From positions 32,001-96,000 of the IMG/VR virus record IMGVR_UViG_3300037468_000183: a DNA stretch of 64,000 bases; one strand, 5' to 3'. Under the pieces are notes generated by a model that did not search any database, had not been told where the DNA came from, and worked only from the letters and a program-made list of their open reading frames with translations. Below, piece by piece: positions 47,982 to 57,937 of this stretch (its first letter is position 1; each line of letters starts with the position of its first letter). This stretch comes from a virus. Position numbers and translations under genes: made by a program.

Positions 47982-49211
47982 ATGCGGATACTTTTTCAGG
48001 CAAATGCGCCGTGGTGCGCAACGGGATATGGTGTGCAAGGCAAGCACCTCGTGCCGCGCCTTCAGGCGCTCGGCCACGATCTGGCGTACTTCGCCTTCTA
48101 CGGGCTACAGAATGGCGTGCTGAACATTTCCGGCGTGCCAATCTACCCGATGGGGACACAGCCCTGGGGCCAAGATGTCGTCAGCGCGCATATGGCGCAC
48201 TTCAAGGCCGATCTGCTTATCTCGCTGCTCGACGTGTGGGTGCTCGACGGCTACGGCGCGAAGGCCAAAGAGGGCGGCTGGCTGTGGTGTCCCTGGACGC
48301 CGGTGGATTGCGAGCCGGTGCCACCGCTGGTACTCAAGCGGCTCGAAGGTGCGCACACGGTCATTCCATACGCCCGGCACGGCGAAGCGGAGTTTCGCAA
48401 GGCCGGCATACTCAACACGCGCTATATCCCGCATGGCGTGGTGACTGAGACCTTCAAGCCAATGGATCAACACGACTGCCGTCAGGCGCTAGGTCTGCCG
48501 CAAAACGTGTTCATCATCGGCATGGTCGCAGCGAACAAGGGCTTTCCGGCGCGCAAGTGTTTTGCGGAGCAGTTGACGGCCTTCGCAGAATTCAAGAAGA
48601 AGGTGCCAGATGCCATCTTCTATCTGCACACGATCCGGGGCCAGGAGCATGGCGGCATCAATTTTGCCGAATTACTGTGGCGACTCGGTTTGACCGAGGG
48701 CAAGGACGTGATCTTCAGCGACCAGTACACGTACATTCTCGGCTGGCCCGAAGAACGCATGGCGCAGCTTTACAATTGCTTCGATGTGCTATCACTGGCA
48801 TCGATGGGCGAGGGCTTCGGCATCCCGCTAATCGAGGCGCAAGCCTGCGGGATTCCGGTGGTTTCCTGCGACAATACCGCCATGACCGAGTTGACTTTTG
48901 CGGGCGTGTGCATCCCGAAGGCGCAGCAATATCCCTGGTGGACGCCGTTGGCTTCCTGGCAGATGATTCCGCAGATCGGCGCGATTCTGGACGCCTATGT
49001 CGATCTGTACGAACAACTCACGCGCACGCCGGGGCGTCGTCAAGAGTTGGCACAGGTCGCCCGCGCGGGCGCGTTGGCTTACGATTGGGATCGCGTCGTG
49101 GCTGACTTCTGGAAGCCATTCCTGGAAGGTCTTCAGGCTGAGAAAGACGCCAAGCGCGTCGCGCCGGACGGGGCCGCGGAGGTGCGGGAGTATGAAGAAC
49201 AACGTTCTTGA
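47982..49211 (+). CDS. GT-B glycosyltransferase (GT4-like)
   Basis: TGYG, IPHGV, S.GEGFGIPLIEAQACG.PV. Confidence 0.9.
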   Translation: MRILFQANAPWCATGYGVQGKHLVPRLQALGHDLAYFAFYGLQNGVLNISGVPIYPMGTQPWGQDVVSAHMAHFKADLLISLLDVWVLDGYGAKAKEGGWLWCPWTPVDCEPVPPLVLKRLEGAHTVIPYARHGEAEFRKAGILNTRYIPHGVVTETFKPMDQHDCRQALGLPQNVFIIGMVAANKGFPARKCFAEQLTAFAEFKKKVPDAIFYLHTIRGQEHGGINFAELLWRLGLTEGKDVIFSDQYTYILGWPEERMAQLYNCFDVLSLASMGEGFGIPLIEAQACGIPVVSCDNTAMTELTFAGVCIPKAQQYPWWTPLASWQMIPQIGAILDAYVDLYEQLTRTPGRRQELAQVARAGALAYDWDRVVADFWKPFLEGLQAEKDAKRVAPDGAAEVREYEEQRS

Positions 49212-49438
49212 GGTATGAGGCTGTGCAACTATACGAGGCAACTAACGGCTACGTCGGACAAGATTATGTGCGCCTGTACGTTTGGGCAAAGAGCCAGGAG
49301 CGGGCCACGGAACTTGCACTTCAGAAGTTCAAGAACGGCAGAGACAAAATCGTTCTCGAATTGCTTTTCTCCGCTGACACGTCCGAGTTTTGCACTGACG
49401 TTAGCGATACCGGATGGGACAGGAGCCTTGAGGCATGA
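49208..49438 (+). CDS. small hypothetical protein (lower GC)
   Basis: Fills the gap between the GT4 and tail terminator genes. Confidence 0.5.
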   Translation: MRYEAVQLYEATNGYVGQDYVRLYVWAKSQERATELALQKFKNGRDKIVLELLFSADTSEFCTDVSDTGWDRSLEA

Positions 49439-49833
49439 GCGAGAACGCGTTTGAGACGGCGCTGCGCACACAACTCGCCAGCGGGACGGCGCTCATCAAT
49501 CTGCTTGGCGGCACGGCCATCTACAACGGCCAGCCGCCTGCCGGCATCGCGCGACCATGGGTGACCTTCTCGCTGGCATCGGGTATGGAGGACAATCAGA
49601 CTCCGTATGATACGCAGCGGCTGGTCTACCTGGTCAAGGCTGTGGCAGACTCACTGCTGACGGCGGGCTTGATTGCCAACGAGATTCAAAGTCGATTACA
49701 TCACCAAGAGACCGCGATTGGCAGCGGTGTGTTTTGGGCGACGCGGGAAACCGTGGTGCGGTATCAGGAAATCGACCCGGTGGGCCACGTAATCGGCCAC
49801 GCCGGGGGCGAGTACGCGTTTAGGCGCGGTTGA
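49435..49833 (+). CDS. tail terminator (DUF3168-like)
   Basis: L..LLG..IY....P....PWVTF; synteny. Confidence 0.75.
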   Translation: MSENAFETALRTQLASGTALINLLGGTAIYNGQPPAGIARPWVTFSLASGMEDNQTPYDTQRLVYLVKAVADSLLTAGLIANEIQSRLHHQETAIGSGVFWATRETVVRYQEIDPVGHVIGHAGGEYAFRRG

Positions 49834-49873
49834 CGGATGGACATTGACGCTATGAGCAGCTAGGAGGTTTTAC

Positions 49874-50284
49874 ATGGCACGTTACACAGGCAGAGATTTG
49901 GCCGTCTGCTGGAATTACGTGGGCGGTTCGGTATTCCTGGAGGATGACTTTCGGTCGCTGGACGTGACCGAGGGCGTGCAGGACGCCAATAGCACGGCAG
50001 GCAACGATACCTATGCCGGGCATCTGGCAACCTACATCGATGCGTCGGCATCCTTCGAGATGGTGGGCACGGCTGGCAGCGGTACCGTGCACTGGTCGAA
50101 GCTCGCGCCACGCAGCGCCGGGACGCTGGTATGGCATCCCGAAGGCACGGCGCAGGGCAAGCCGAAACACACGGCGGCCGCGTACATCAGCAAGCGCGAC
50201 CGTTCGTATCCGTACGCGGATGTGGTGACCGTAAGCCTGGGGTTTCAGTTCGACGGCGCGATCACGGACGGGGAAGTGGCTTGA
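49874..50284 (+). CDS. tail tube protein
   Basis: Synteny; PEGT..GKP; FQ..G.IT.G terminus. Confidence 0.8.
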   Translation: MARYTGRDLAVCWNYVGGSVFLEDDFRSLDVTEGVQDANSTAGNDTYAGHLATYIDASASFEMVGTAGSGTVHWSKLAPRSAGTLVWHPEGTAQGKPKHTAAAYISKRDRSYPYADVVTVSLGFQFDGAITDGEVA

Positions 50285-50343
50285 CGCTCTGGGGCGTGGG
50301 TCACGACTCGCGCCCCAACGTCAGCAGGAAAGGAAAACACAGG

Positions 50344-50649
50344 ATGCCTAAAGTTGATTTGCCGGGTGATAAGAGCGCGATCTTGGCGCTACGCATGAGC
50401 GAATTCCGTCAGTTGTGGTCAAGCGGTGCCGTGCAGAAATTGCAGGGCATGAACGCTGTGGGCGCTGACCTGAGCGAGATTTATCCCTTGCTGGCGATTG
50501 CCGTGCGTGAATGGGACTGCACGGATGAGGCCGGCAAACCGCTTGACCCGCATAACGTTGCCAGCTATGACGAGTTGCCGCCAAGCGTCTTCATGGTGCT
50601 GATGCGAGAACTCGGCCAGCTCGTGAGCGGCGTCGAAGTAAAAAACTGA
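50344..50649 (+). CDS. tail assembly chaperone (gpG-like)
   Basis: VREWDCTDE.G.PL; ends GTA AAA AAC TGA. Confidence 0.8.
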   Translation: MPKVDLPGDKSAILALRMSEFRQLWSSGAVQKLQGMNAVGADLSEIYPLLAIAVREWDCTDEAGKPLDPHNVASYDELPPSVFMVLMRELGQLVSGVEVKN

Positions 50650-50822
50650 GCAAGGAGGTCTTCCTGTCCTTGCGAGGCGGGAAGCCTCCACCCTACGAAA
50701 TGACGCGGGCGCAGGTGTGTGAGCGCATGGGCTGGACGTTTGCCTACTATGATTCGCTCGATTGGGATGACGTGCTCGGCCTGTTGCAGGTTTGGGATGG
50801 GCTGGACAAGGCGCGCCGCTAG
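50640..50822 (+). other. -1 programmed frameshift (A AAA AAC) and gpGT-like extension
   Basis: The -1 frame reads LSKEVF...CERMGWTFAYYDSL...ARR* up to the tape measure gene. Confidence 0.8.
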
Positions 50823-50829
50823 GTGATTT

Positions 50830-53800
50830 ATGGCTGAAACCATTGCCGAACTACTGGTAAAAGTTGGCGCTGATATTTCCGGGATGCAGCAGGGCTTCTC
50901 GGATGCTGAGACGAAGTTGACCAACTTCGGCAACACCGCGACGACCGCGGGCACGAACCTGGTCAAGCTCGGCGCGCCATTGGTGGCATTGGGTGGAGCC
51001 GTGGCGGTCGTGGCCGGCGACTTTGAAACGTCCATGAACATCCTGAACGTCGCGGCGGGCGGAAGTAACACGACGCTGGAGGATTTGCGCAAGACGGCCG
51101 TCAAGGCGGGCGCAGATGTGAACCTGGTTGGCGTGAGTGCTTCTGACGTTGCCACGGCCATGAGCAACTTTACAAAAGCTGGCGTGCCGCTCAATACCAT
51201 GCTTGGCAGCATGGAGGGCTATCTGAATGGCACCGCACAGATGGGCGGCACACTCAGGGCGGCGATTGATCTGGCTGCGGCCAGTGAACTGGACTTGGAG
51301 GAAGCCAGCCGTCTGGTGATTACGACACTGGCAACCTTCGGCACGGGCGCAGGCAGCGCCAGCGATGCAATGGATTTGATGGTGCGTGCGGCGGATGCAT
51401 CCGTATTGAGCGTCAACGATATCAAAGAGGCGCTTATCAATGTCGGCCCAACGATGTCCGGTTTTGGCGTACCGTTGGGCGAAGTCGTGACGGCGCTGGC
51501 ATTGCTCTCGACACGCGGCATCACCGGGGCCGAGGCGGGTACGGCGCTCCAGTCGATGATGCTGAATCTGATGCGCACTACGCCAGATGTGACGAAGACG
51601 CTGAACGCGCTGAACGTCTCGCTGTACGATCAGGACGGCGCATTGAAACCGCTGCCGACGATCATCGGTGATTTGCAGCGGGCAATGGCCGGTATGACTG
51701 AGGAGCAGCGCAACGCGACCATTATCACGTTGGCAGGCACTTACGGCCAAAAGGCCATGAATACGCTGTTGACAGAGGGCACGCCCGGTTGGGACGCTAT
51801 GACAATAGCCATTGGCAGTGCTGCGACGATGCAAGGGACGGCAGAAGCGCGTACGAAGGGTTTCAATGCGTCAATGGAGCAGCTAAAATCCTCTGTCGAG
51901 ACCTTCATGATCAATGCTGGCACGCCGCTGATTCAAAACATCTTGACACCACTGATTCAGAAATTCACCGATATCATAGGCGGGCTGGCGCTGATGGATC
52001 CGCAATGGGTGAGTATCGCTGTGGTCATCGGCGTGGTGCTGGTGGCGCTCGGCGGCCTGCTGCTAGTTGCCGGACAGTTTGCCATCGCAATCGCGGCGCT
52101 GGGGCCGGTGTTGGCAGTGATCGGCGCGGCACTAGGCGCGATCTCATTGCCGGTGCTGGCGATAGGTGTCGCATTGGCGGCGCTGGTTCTGGCGTGGAAT
52201 GGCAATTGGTTCGGCATTCGTGACACGTTGACGGCGGTCTGGGATGATAAACTCAAGCCGGTATTCGAGGCGATCAAGGCGTGGTTGGAAGTCAACATTC
52301 CTGCGGCGATTGCGGTCGTAGTGGGCTTCTGGACTAATACGCTGCTTCCCGCGATCAAAGACGTTGGCGATTTCTTTACGTTGATTTTGATACCGATTTT
52401 CGCAACGATTGTTACATGGTTAGCGACGACCATCGGTGCGGCCATTACGACGCTCGCCGGCTTCTGGAATGACACGCTCCTCCCGGCAATCAAAGCCGTC
52501 TGGACGTTCATCAACGACACGCTAATCCCGATTTTTGTAACCATCGTCACCTGGCTCGGCACGACCATCGGCGGCGCAATCTCGACGTTAGCCGGCTTCT
52601 GGAATGACACGCTGCTCCCGGCAATCAAGGCGGTCTACGACTTCATCAACGACACCCTAATCCCGATTTTTGTGACCGTCGTGGATTGGCTGGCGACGAC
52701 CATCGGCGCCGCTCTCTCCACACTGGCGGGCTTCTGGACAGATACGCTGCTGCCGGCTATTACATCCGTCTACGACTTCATCAATGTTACGTTAATCCCG
52801 ATCTTTGAGACGATTCTCACATGGCTGGAGACCACTCTCACAGGCGCTATTACGACATTGGCAGGCTTCTGGAACGACACTCTGCTACCCGCCATTACGG
52901 CCGTCTGGACGTTCATCGATACCTACATCATTCCAATTTTCAATGCGATTGCCGATGTTATCAACGCTGCGCTGACATTGGCGTTGACCGCCCTGCAAGG
53001 ACTTTGGGAGAACGTGTTGCTGCCGGCGCTCAAAGCCGTTTACGATTTCATCAACGACTACATCCTGATCATTTTTGGCACCATAGCGAGCACCATCAGC
53101 GGGGCTATTACCACCGCACTAAACGACCTAACGGGCCTATGGAATGATACGCTGTTACCGGCGTTGAAGGCCGTCTACAACTTCATCAACGATACGCTCA
53201 TTGGTATTTTCGGCAGTGTGGCGGACAAGATGAGCGGCGGTGTTACCACCGCGCTTAATGACCTTTCCGGCTTGTGGAATGACACGCTGCTCCCGGCGTT
53301 GAAGGCCGTCTACAATTTCATCAACGACACGCTCGGCGGTGTCTTCGGGACTCTGGCGGATAATCTGAGCGGTGGTGTGACGACCGCGACCAATGACCTT
53401 TCGGGTCTGTGGAATAACACCTTGCTGCCGGCGTTGAAGGGCGTCAAGACTTATGTCGAAACTGAACTTCCAACTGTCTTTGATACGTTGGCAAGCAACT
53501 TCTCGACGGGCATCGGCGCCGCAGTGACGTCACTGACGAACCTGTGGAATCTCGATCTGCTACCGGCGTTGCAGGGTATTTGGGGCTTCATCAAGTATTC
53601 TGTTCTCGGTGTGTTTAGCGACTTGACCACCGCAGTCGGCACGACACTGAGCGGGCCGCTGACGACGATCAAGGATTTGTGGGCGGCGCTGAAACTGTCA
53701 ATTGATGGTATTCCGCAAATTCTCACGGATATCGCCACGTGGTTCGGCACGTTGGCGACCAAGATTTCAGGACTCACGCTGCCGTCATGGTTGACGCCCG

Positions 53801-54117
53801 GCTCACCAACGCCGTTTGAGACGGCGCTGCGCGGCATCCTGAGCGCTTTGCAGGATGTGTCCAACGGGCCGTGGCAGTGGTTCCTGGACTTCGTAGATTT
53901 CGTGACAGGCGGCAATGGTGGAGGTGGCAAGGGGCCGACGACGAATATCAATGTCACCGTAGCCGCGGGCGCGGTGGTGGTCTATGGCAATGCCGGCACT
54001 GGCACCGGTGACGAAATCGGGTTGGGCATCGCGCGGGCGCTCGCGGCGTTGATCAAAGCGGAAGGGACTGCTGGGGCGGCGGCGTCGGGTTCGTATATTC
54101 CGCCGTGGGCTTTCTGA
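50830..54117 (+). CDS. tail tape measure protein
   Basis: TP901-like N-terminal domain (GI.GAEAGTAL), TM region, ~40-aa W(N/T)DTLLPA repeats. Confidence 0.95.
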   Translation: MAETIAELLVKVGADISGMQQGFSDAETKLTNFGNTATTAGTNLVKLGAPLVALGGAVAVVAGDFETSMNILNVAAGGSNTTLEDLRKTAVKAGADVNLVGVSASDVATAMSNFTKAGVPLNTMLGSMEGYLNGTAQMGGTLRAAIDLAAASELDLEEASRLVITTLATFGTGAGSASDAMDLMVRAADASVLSVNDIKEALINVGPTMSGFGVPLGEVVTALALLSTRGITGAEAGTALQSMMLNLMRTTPDVTKTLNALNVSLYDQDGALKPLPTIIGDLQRAMAGMTEEQRNATIITLAGTYGQKAMNTLLTEGTPGWDAMTIAIGSAATMQGTAEARTKGFNASMEQLKSSVETFMINAGTPLIQNILTPLIQKFTDIIGGLALMDPQWVSIAVVIGVVLVALGGLLLVAGQFAIAIAALGPVLAVIGAALGAISLPVLAIGVALAALVLAWNGNWFGIRDTLTAVWDDKLKPVFEAIKAWLEVNIPAAIAVVVGFWTNTLLPAIKDVGDFFTLILIPIFATIVTWLATTIGAAITTLAGFWNDTLLPAIKAVWTFINDTLIPIFVTIVTWLGTTIGGAISTLAGFWNDTLLPAIKAVYDFINDTLIPIFVTVVDWLATTIGAALSTLAGFWTDTLLPAITSVYDFINVTLIPIFETILTWLETTLTGAITTLAGFWNDTLLPAITAVWTFIDTYIIPIFNAIADVINAALTLALTALQGLWENVLLPALKAVYDFINDYILIIFGTIASTISGAITTALNDLTGLWNDTLLPALKAVYNFINDTLIGIFGSVADKMSGGVTTALNDLSGLWNDTLLPALKAVYNFINDTLGGVFGTLADNLSGGVTTATNDLSGLWNNTLLPALKGVKTYVETELPTVFDTLASNFSTGIGAAVTSLTNLWNLDLLPALQGIWGFIKYSVLGVFSDLTTAVGTTLSGPLTTIKDLWAALKLSIDGIPQILTDIATWFGTLATKISGLTLPSWLTPGSPTPFETALRGILSALQDVSNGPWQWFLDFVDFVTGGNGGGGKGPTTNINVTVAAGAVVVYGNAGTGTGDEIGLGIARALAALIKAEGTAGAAASGSYIPPWAF

Positions 54118-54127
54118 GGATTAGAGC

Positions 54128-54463
54128 ATGGCCGAGACGTTCGGGACGATCCCATTCACGGTTTTGCAGGCAGGCATGGGCCGCGTGCAGACGGCTAATG
54201 TGGCGTTTGCGCATATTCCTGGCGGCAATGTGACGTATGTCGATTACGGCGGCCAGCAACCACTGAGCCTGCCGTACAATCTGCTACTCAGCGAAGCCAA
54301 CTATCGCACGCTGGAGGGCACGGTCGGCGGCACGGCGGCGCTGGTAACAACGGTAGACGGCTCGATCAATACAGCGGTGCTGCTGAGCCTCAGCCGCGCG
54401 TCGCGCATTCCCGTTTCCGGCACCGTCTTTGTGACCGCAGCCTTTGTGGTGGTGACGCCCTAA
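54128..54463 (+). CDS. distal tail protein candidate
   Basis: Synteny; HIPGG motif. Confidence 0.6.
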   Translation: MAETFGTIPFTVLQAGMGRVQTANVAFAHIPGGNVTYVDYGGQQPLSLPYNLLLSEANYRTLEGTVGGTAALVTTVDGSINTAVLLSLSRASRIPVSGTVFVTAAFVVVTP

Positions 54464-55614
54464 TGTCCGTCATCTATCGGCAGCCGTATCTGCTCGTGAC
54501 GGTCAACGGCACACCGTTGACGAACGTCCTGAGCGCGGCAGTGCAGGCCAGTCTCACGGCGCGCATCGCCTCGGCCACGGTCGAGGTGACCAGCTTGCCG
54601 GTCGGCTTGTTGCCCTGGGACGCGGTTGTTATCACGATGGGCGCGACACAAGCCACGGCTGCCGTGCGCTTCACCGGTTATTTCGTCTCGCAGTCCGGCG
54701 TGCTATACCCGAAAGGCGCGACGCTCAGTTGCTCCGGCAAGTTGATTCTGGCCGAGCAGTACGAGAATGCCGTACAGATCGACCTATCCAGTGCCGGTGT
54801 GGGCGCGACAGACGAAGTGCTCATCAGCACGGTGCTGTACTATTGCGGCTTGTCCGGCGCGTGGACGCCAGCCGATGCGCCAACGGCTATGACCGGCATC
54901 GGCGGCACCGGCAAGACGCTCGGCACGGTTGCCAAAGACCGGGCCTTCTCATGGTTCGCAGGTGCGTCCGGCATCGCCTTCATCGACATGCTGGATGGCG
55001 TCTGCCTGGGCTATCGCACCTATGACACATTCGACGGCACGATCCGGCGCACGCAGATCACGACAATTCCCGCTGTCTCTGCGGTCGCGACCTTCACCGA
55101 GCATGTGGACATCAGCGCGGCGACCGAATCCACGACGATCCTGGGCGCCAGCAACAAAGTTGTGGTTACCGGATTTCCGGGGATGCAGAGTAACGCGCCG
55201 ACGACCTACACGGCGACGGCGGGCAATCCGTTCTTGCTCTGGGACATCACCAGCAATCTCGGCTCGGCCACCATCGAGAAGCAGAACATTGCGAGTGCCG
55301 GAAATGGTTTGAGTTGCGAGGAAGTGGCGCTGTGGCTGTTGGCTGAGCGCAATCGCTACAAAGAGTCCATCGCGCTGACAACGCCGCGCGATGACGTAAT
55401 AGAGCCCGGCGACACGCTTGCCGTCGCCGCGCCCACGCGCCTGGGCCTGACGTTGCGCCGCATGTGGGTCGAGAGCGTAAGCGTCAGCATCGATAACGCG
55501 GGTGCGTTCAGTCAAGCCTTCACCTGTCTCGCTGCGGTGCCGGTGACGCTGCTGATGGAGAACGGCGATTTCGTGTTGACTGAGGATGGACTTTACATCC
55601 TGGAGAGTGAGTGA
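54463..55614 (+). CDS. baseplate hub/tail tip protein
   Basis: Synteny; IEPGDT; C-terminal LLMENGDFVLTEDG. Confidence 0.7.
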   Translation: MSVIYRQPYLLVTVNGTPLTNVLSAAVQASLTARIASATVEVTSLPVGLLPWDAVVITMGATQATAAVRFTGYFVSQSGVLYPKGATLSCSGKLILAEQYENAVQIDLSSAGVGATDEVLISTVLYYCGLSGAWTPADAPTAMTGIGGTGKTLGTVAKDRAFSWFAGASGIAFIDMLDGVCLGYRTYDTFDGTIRRTQITTIPAVSAVATFTEHVDISAATESTTILGASNKVVVTGFPGMQSNAPTTYTATAGNPFLLWDITSNLGSATIEKQNIASAGNGLSCEEVALWLLAERNRYKESIALTTPRDDVIEPGDTLAVAAPTRLGLTLRRMWVESVSVSIDNAGAFSQAFTCLAAVPVTLLMENGDFVLTEDGLYILESE

Positions 55615-56246
55615 TGGCGAATGCCAAATTAACCGCGCTGCCGGCTGACACGTCGCTTGCCAGCACGGACATTCTATATGTCGTGATCGATCCGCTGACT
55701 ACTCCGGTCAGCAAACAAGCGACGATTGCGACGGTAGTGAGTGCGGCGGGCGCGATTGCCGTGACGACTGTCACCGCGAGCGGACTGTTGACAGGCGGCA
55801 ATATCACAACCGCAGGCACCATCGGCGCGGCGGCGATTACGTCAAGTGCGTTACTGACAGGGGCCAACATTACCACCGCAGGCACGATTGGGGCCGCGGC
55901 GATCACTTCCAGCGCCTTGCTGACGGGTGCCAATATCTCGACGGCTGGCACGGTTGGGGCCGGCGCGATTACGTCCAGCGCCTTGTTGACAGCAGCCAAC
56001 ATCTCGACGGCCGGCACCATCGGCGCGGCCAGTCTGACGGCCAGCGGTAACATTGCGCTTACAGGCGGCACGCTGACGCTCGGCACCATCGTAGTCGCCA
56101 GAGGCACCAATTCGCCCGCGCTCGGCACCTGGAATGCGGGGGATATCCTGTTCAACAGCATCCCAGCGGTGGGCACGGTCACGGGCTGGATTTGCACGGT
56201 CGGTGGCACGGCGGGCGGCACCTGGCTGGGGTTCGGTACACTATGA
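55614..56246 (+). CDS. tail fibre with 23-aa repeats
   Basis: MANAKLTALP N-terminus; ITSSALLTGANI(T/S)TAGTIGAAA repeats; GWICT..G...GTW..FG. Confidence 0.75.
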   Translation: MANAKLTALPADTSLASTDILYVVIDPLTTPVSKQATIATVVSAAGAIAVTTVTASGLLTGGNITTAGTIGAAAITSSALLTGANITTAGTIGAAAITSSALLTGANISTAGTVGAGAITSSALLTAANISTAGTIGAASLTASGNIALTGGTLTLGTIVVARGTNSPALGTWNAGDILFNSIPAVGTVTGWICTVGGTAGGTWLGFGTL

Positions 56247-56821
56247 TTCCGCAACCACCTGTCCCGATCCCGACTCCGCAGAAGTACGATCCGACAGCAG
56301 ACACGCTCACCTATACCCTGTTGCTGTGGTCACACATCAATAAGTTGCGGGGCAAATTCGGCCTGCATCACACAACGCACGAGCCGAGCGGGATGGATGC
56401 GATTCAGATGCCGCTCGGTGGGCTGGTGGACGTGGCGCTAGGGTCTACAATCGCAGATGGCGCGGCGTTGGTCTACAATCTGGCGGGCACGGCTTGGGGT
56501 GCAGGCACAGCCGCGACGACTAGCTTCGGTCAAGCCTTCTTCATGGCCGCAGGCACCATCATACCTGGCGGAGCGCCGGGGCCTACGAATTTAAGCGCGG
56601 CGTCTCTGACGATCACGCGCGTGCTGGTGCAGGCAGATGCTGAGGTGGTCGGTGACGTGACGGCGGGCGGCGGGTTTTCATTTGGCTCAGGCGGTGGTTC
56701 AGACGATAGCGTTGGCTTGACTTACGAGTGGCCGAGCGGGGGCAGCCTGGCTATCCAGGTAACTTCAGTTGGGACGCCAGCGCCATCGTATCTGACCGCC
56801 GATGTGTACTTCACGAGGTAG
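56243..56821 (+). CDS. minor tail protein
   Basis: HHTTHE..G.D.I and L..L.DV motifs. Confidence 0.65.
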   Translation: MIPQPPVPIPTPQKYDPTADTLTYTLLLWSHINKLRGKFGLHHTTHEPSGMDAIQMPLGGLVDVALGSTIADGAALVYNLAGTAWGAGTAATTSFGQAFFMAAGTIIPGGAPGPTNLSAASLTITRVLVQADAEVVGDVTAGGGFSFGSGGGSDDSVGLTYEWPSGGSLAIQVTSVGTPAPSYLTADVYFTR

Positions 56822-56823
56822 CG

Positions 56824-57903
56824 ATGCCGTGGCAGATTGATGACGTAGACGCAACGCTTTCGTATGCCATTTATGGCGGCTTTGATTCCAGCGGCAATCC
56901 GCATATTGGCTATAACGCCAACGGAACTCTGAAGCACGCCTGGCGAGTTAGCGGAGTGTGGTATACGGAAACGCTTGGGACGACGCCTATGTATCTTGGC
57001 GGTTCTGATTTTGGCTTTGCGATTCGCGACGATGTGATGCACGCAGTGTGGCTGTGGTATGACGGGCTTCGTGTGCCTGGCGGGCCTAACACCAACTGTC
57101 GCATTACGCACGTGACGGCAACAGTGGGCGGGAGTTGGACAACGACAACGCATAACATGCCGGACTACGGCGCGTATGCGGGCACGTGTCAGGTGGCGAT
57201 TGACTCTACTGGTGCGTACCACGTTTTTTGGGTGGGTTGGTACAGCGATCTGCCAGGGCGCGCGATTTACGTTCCTGGGTCGAGTTGGACACCGAGCATT
57301 GTCTATGAGAACGCTCGGCAGGTAGGATACGCGCGCCCGCACGCCTTTTTTTGTGATTCGAATGACGATTTACACGCGGTTTGGTGGGCGAAAGGTGCAA
57401 TTGGCGATACTGAGCACGCATATTACTGGGGCGGTGGCAGTGTGCAAGATGTGATCGCAGTTCCCACGGAAGAAGCGTACTGGAATAGCGCGGAACCTGG
57501 CCCGGTGGCTGCTAATGCCGATGGCGATGTTAAGATTGTGAACCTTATTTATGTCGGGGATGCAGGAATCGCGACGGGGCAATTTGTGAACGGCCCTGGC
57601 GGAGCTATTGAAAGTTGGAGTGCGGAAAGCTACGCCGACCTGCTGCCGGTTGATGATGTGTGGTGGGCGGTTGACGCGCCTTACTATGCAGCTACGCTTA
57701 CGTTCAAGACGCGCAGCGTAGGCGGAGTCTGGAGCCGTCAGACGGTAACGAACATGGCGGGCGAGAATGGCTATTGGGGCTGCGCGTTGTTGCGGTCGCC
57801 TACAGGTTGGCCGGGCATCGCTTACGGTGATGACAGCGGGCTGCATTTCGCCGGGCGGCTGCCGGCTATGGATGGCCGCTGGACGATGATGGCGTTGCTG
57901 TGA
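56824..57903 (+). CDS. beta-propeller protein (receptor-binding candidate)
   Basis: DS.G..H(I/V) blade repeats; Trp-rich. Confidence 0.7.
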   Translation: MPWQIDDVDATLSYAIYGGFDSSGNPHIGYNANGTLKHAWRVSGVWYTETLGTTPMYLGGSDFGFAIRDDVMHAVWLWYDGLRVPGGPNTNCRITHVTATVGGSWTTTTHNMPDYGAYAGTCQVAIDSTGAYHVFWVGWYSDLPGRAIYVPGSSWTPSIVYENARQVGYARPHAFFCDSNDDLHAVWWAKGAIGDTEHAYYWGGGSVQDVIAVPTEEAYWNSAEPGPVAANADGDVKIVNLIYVGDAGIATGQFVNGPGGAIESWSAESYADLLPVDDVWWAVDAPYYAATLTFKTRSVGGVWSRQTVTNMAGENGYWGCALLRSPTGWPGIAYGDDSGLHFAGRLPAMDGRWTMMALL

Positions 57904-57937
57904 CGGACGCGGACGCGCGGGGTGCGGGAGGTGTAAC

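Noticed and set aside
52300-53600. Long repeats in the tape measure gene as a separate element
   Set aside because: Ordinary Trp-periodic tape measure repeats.
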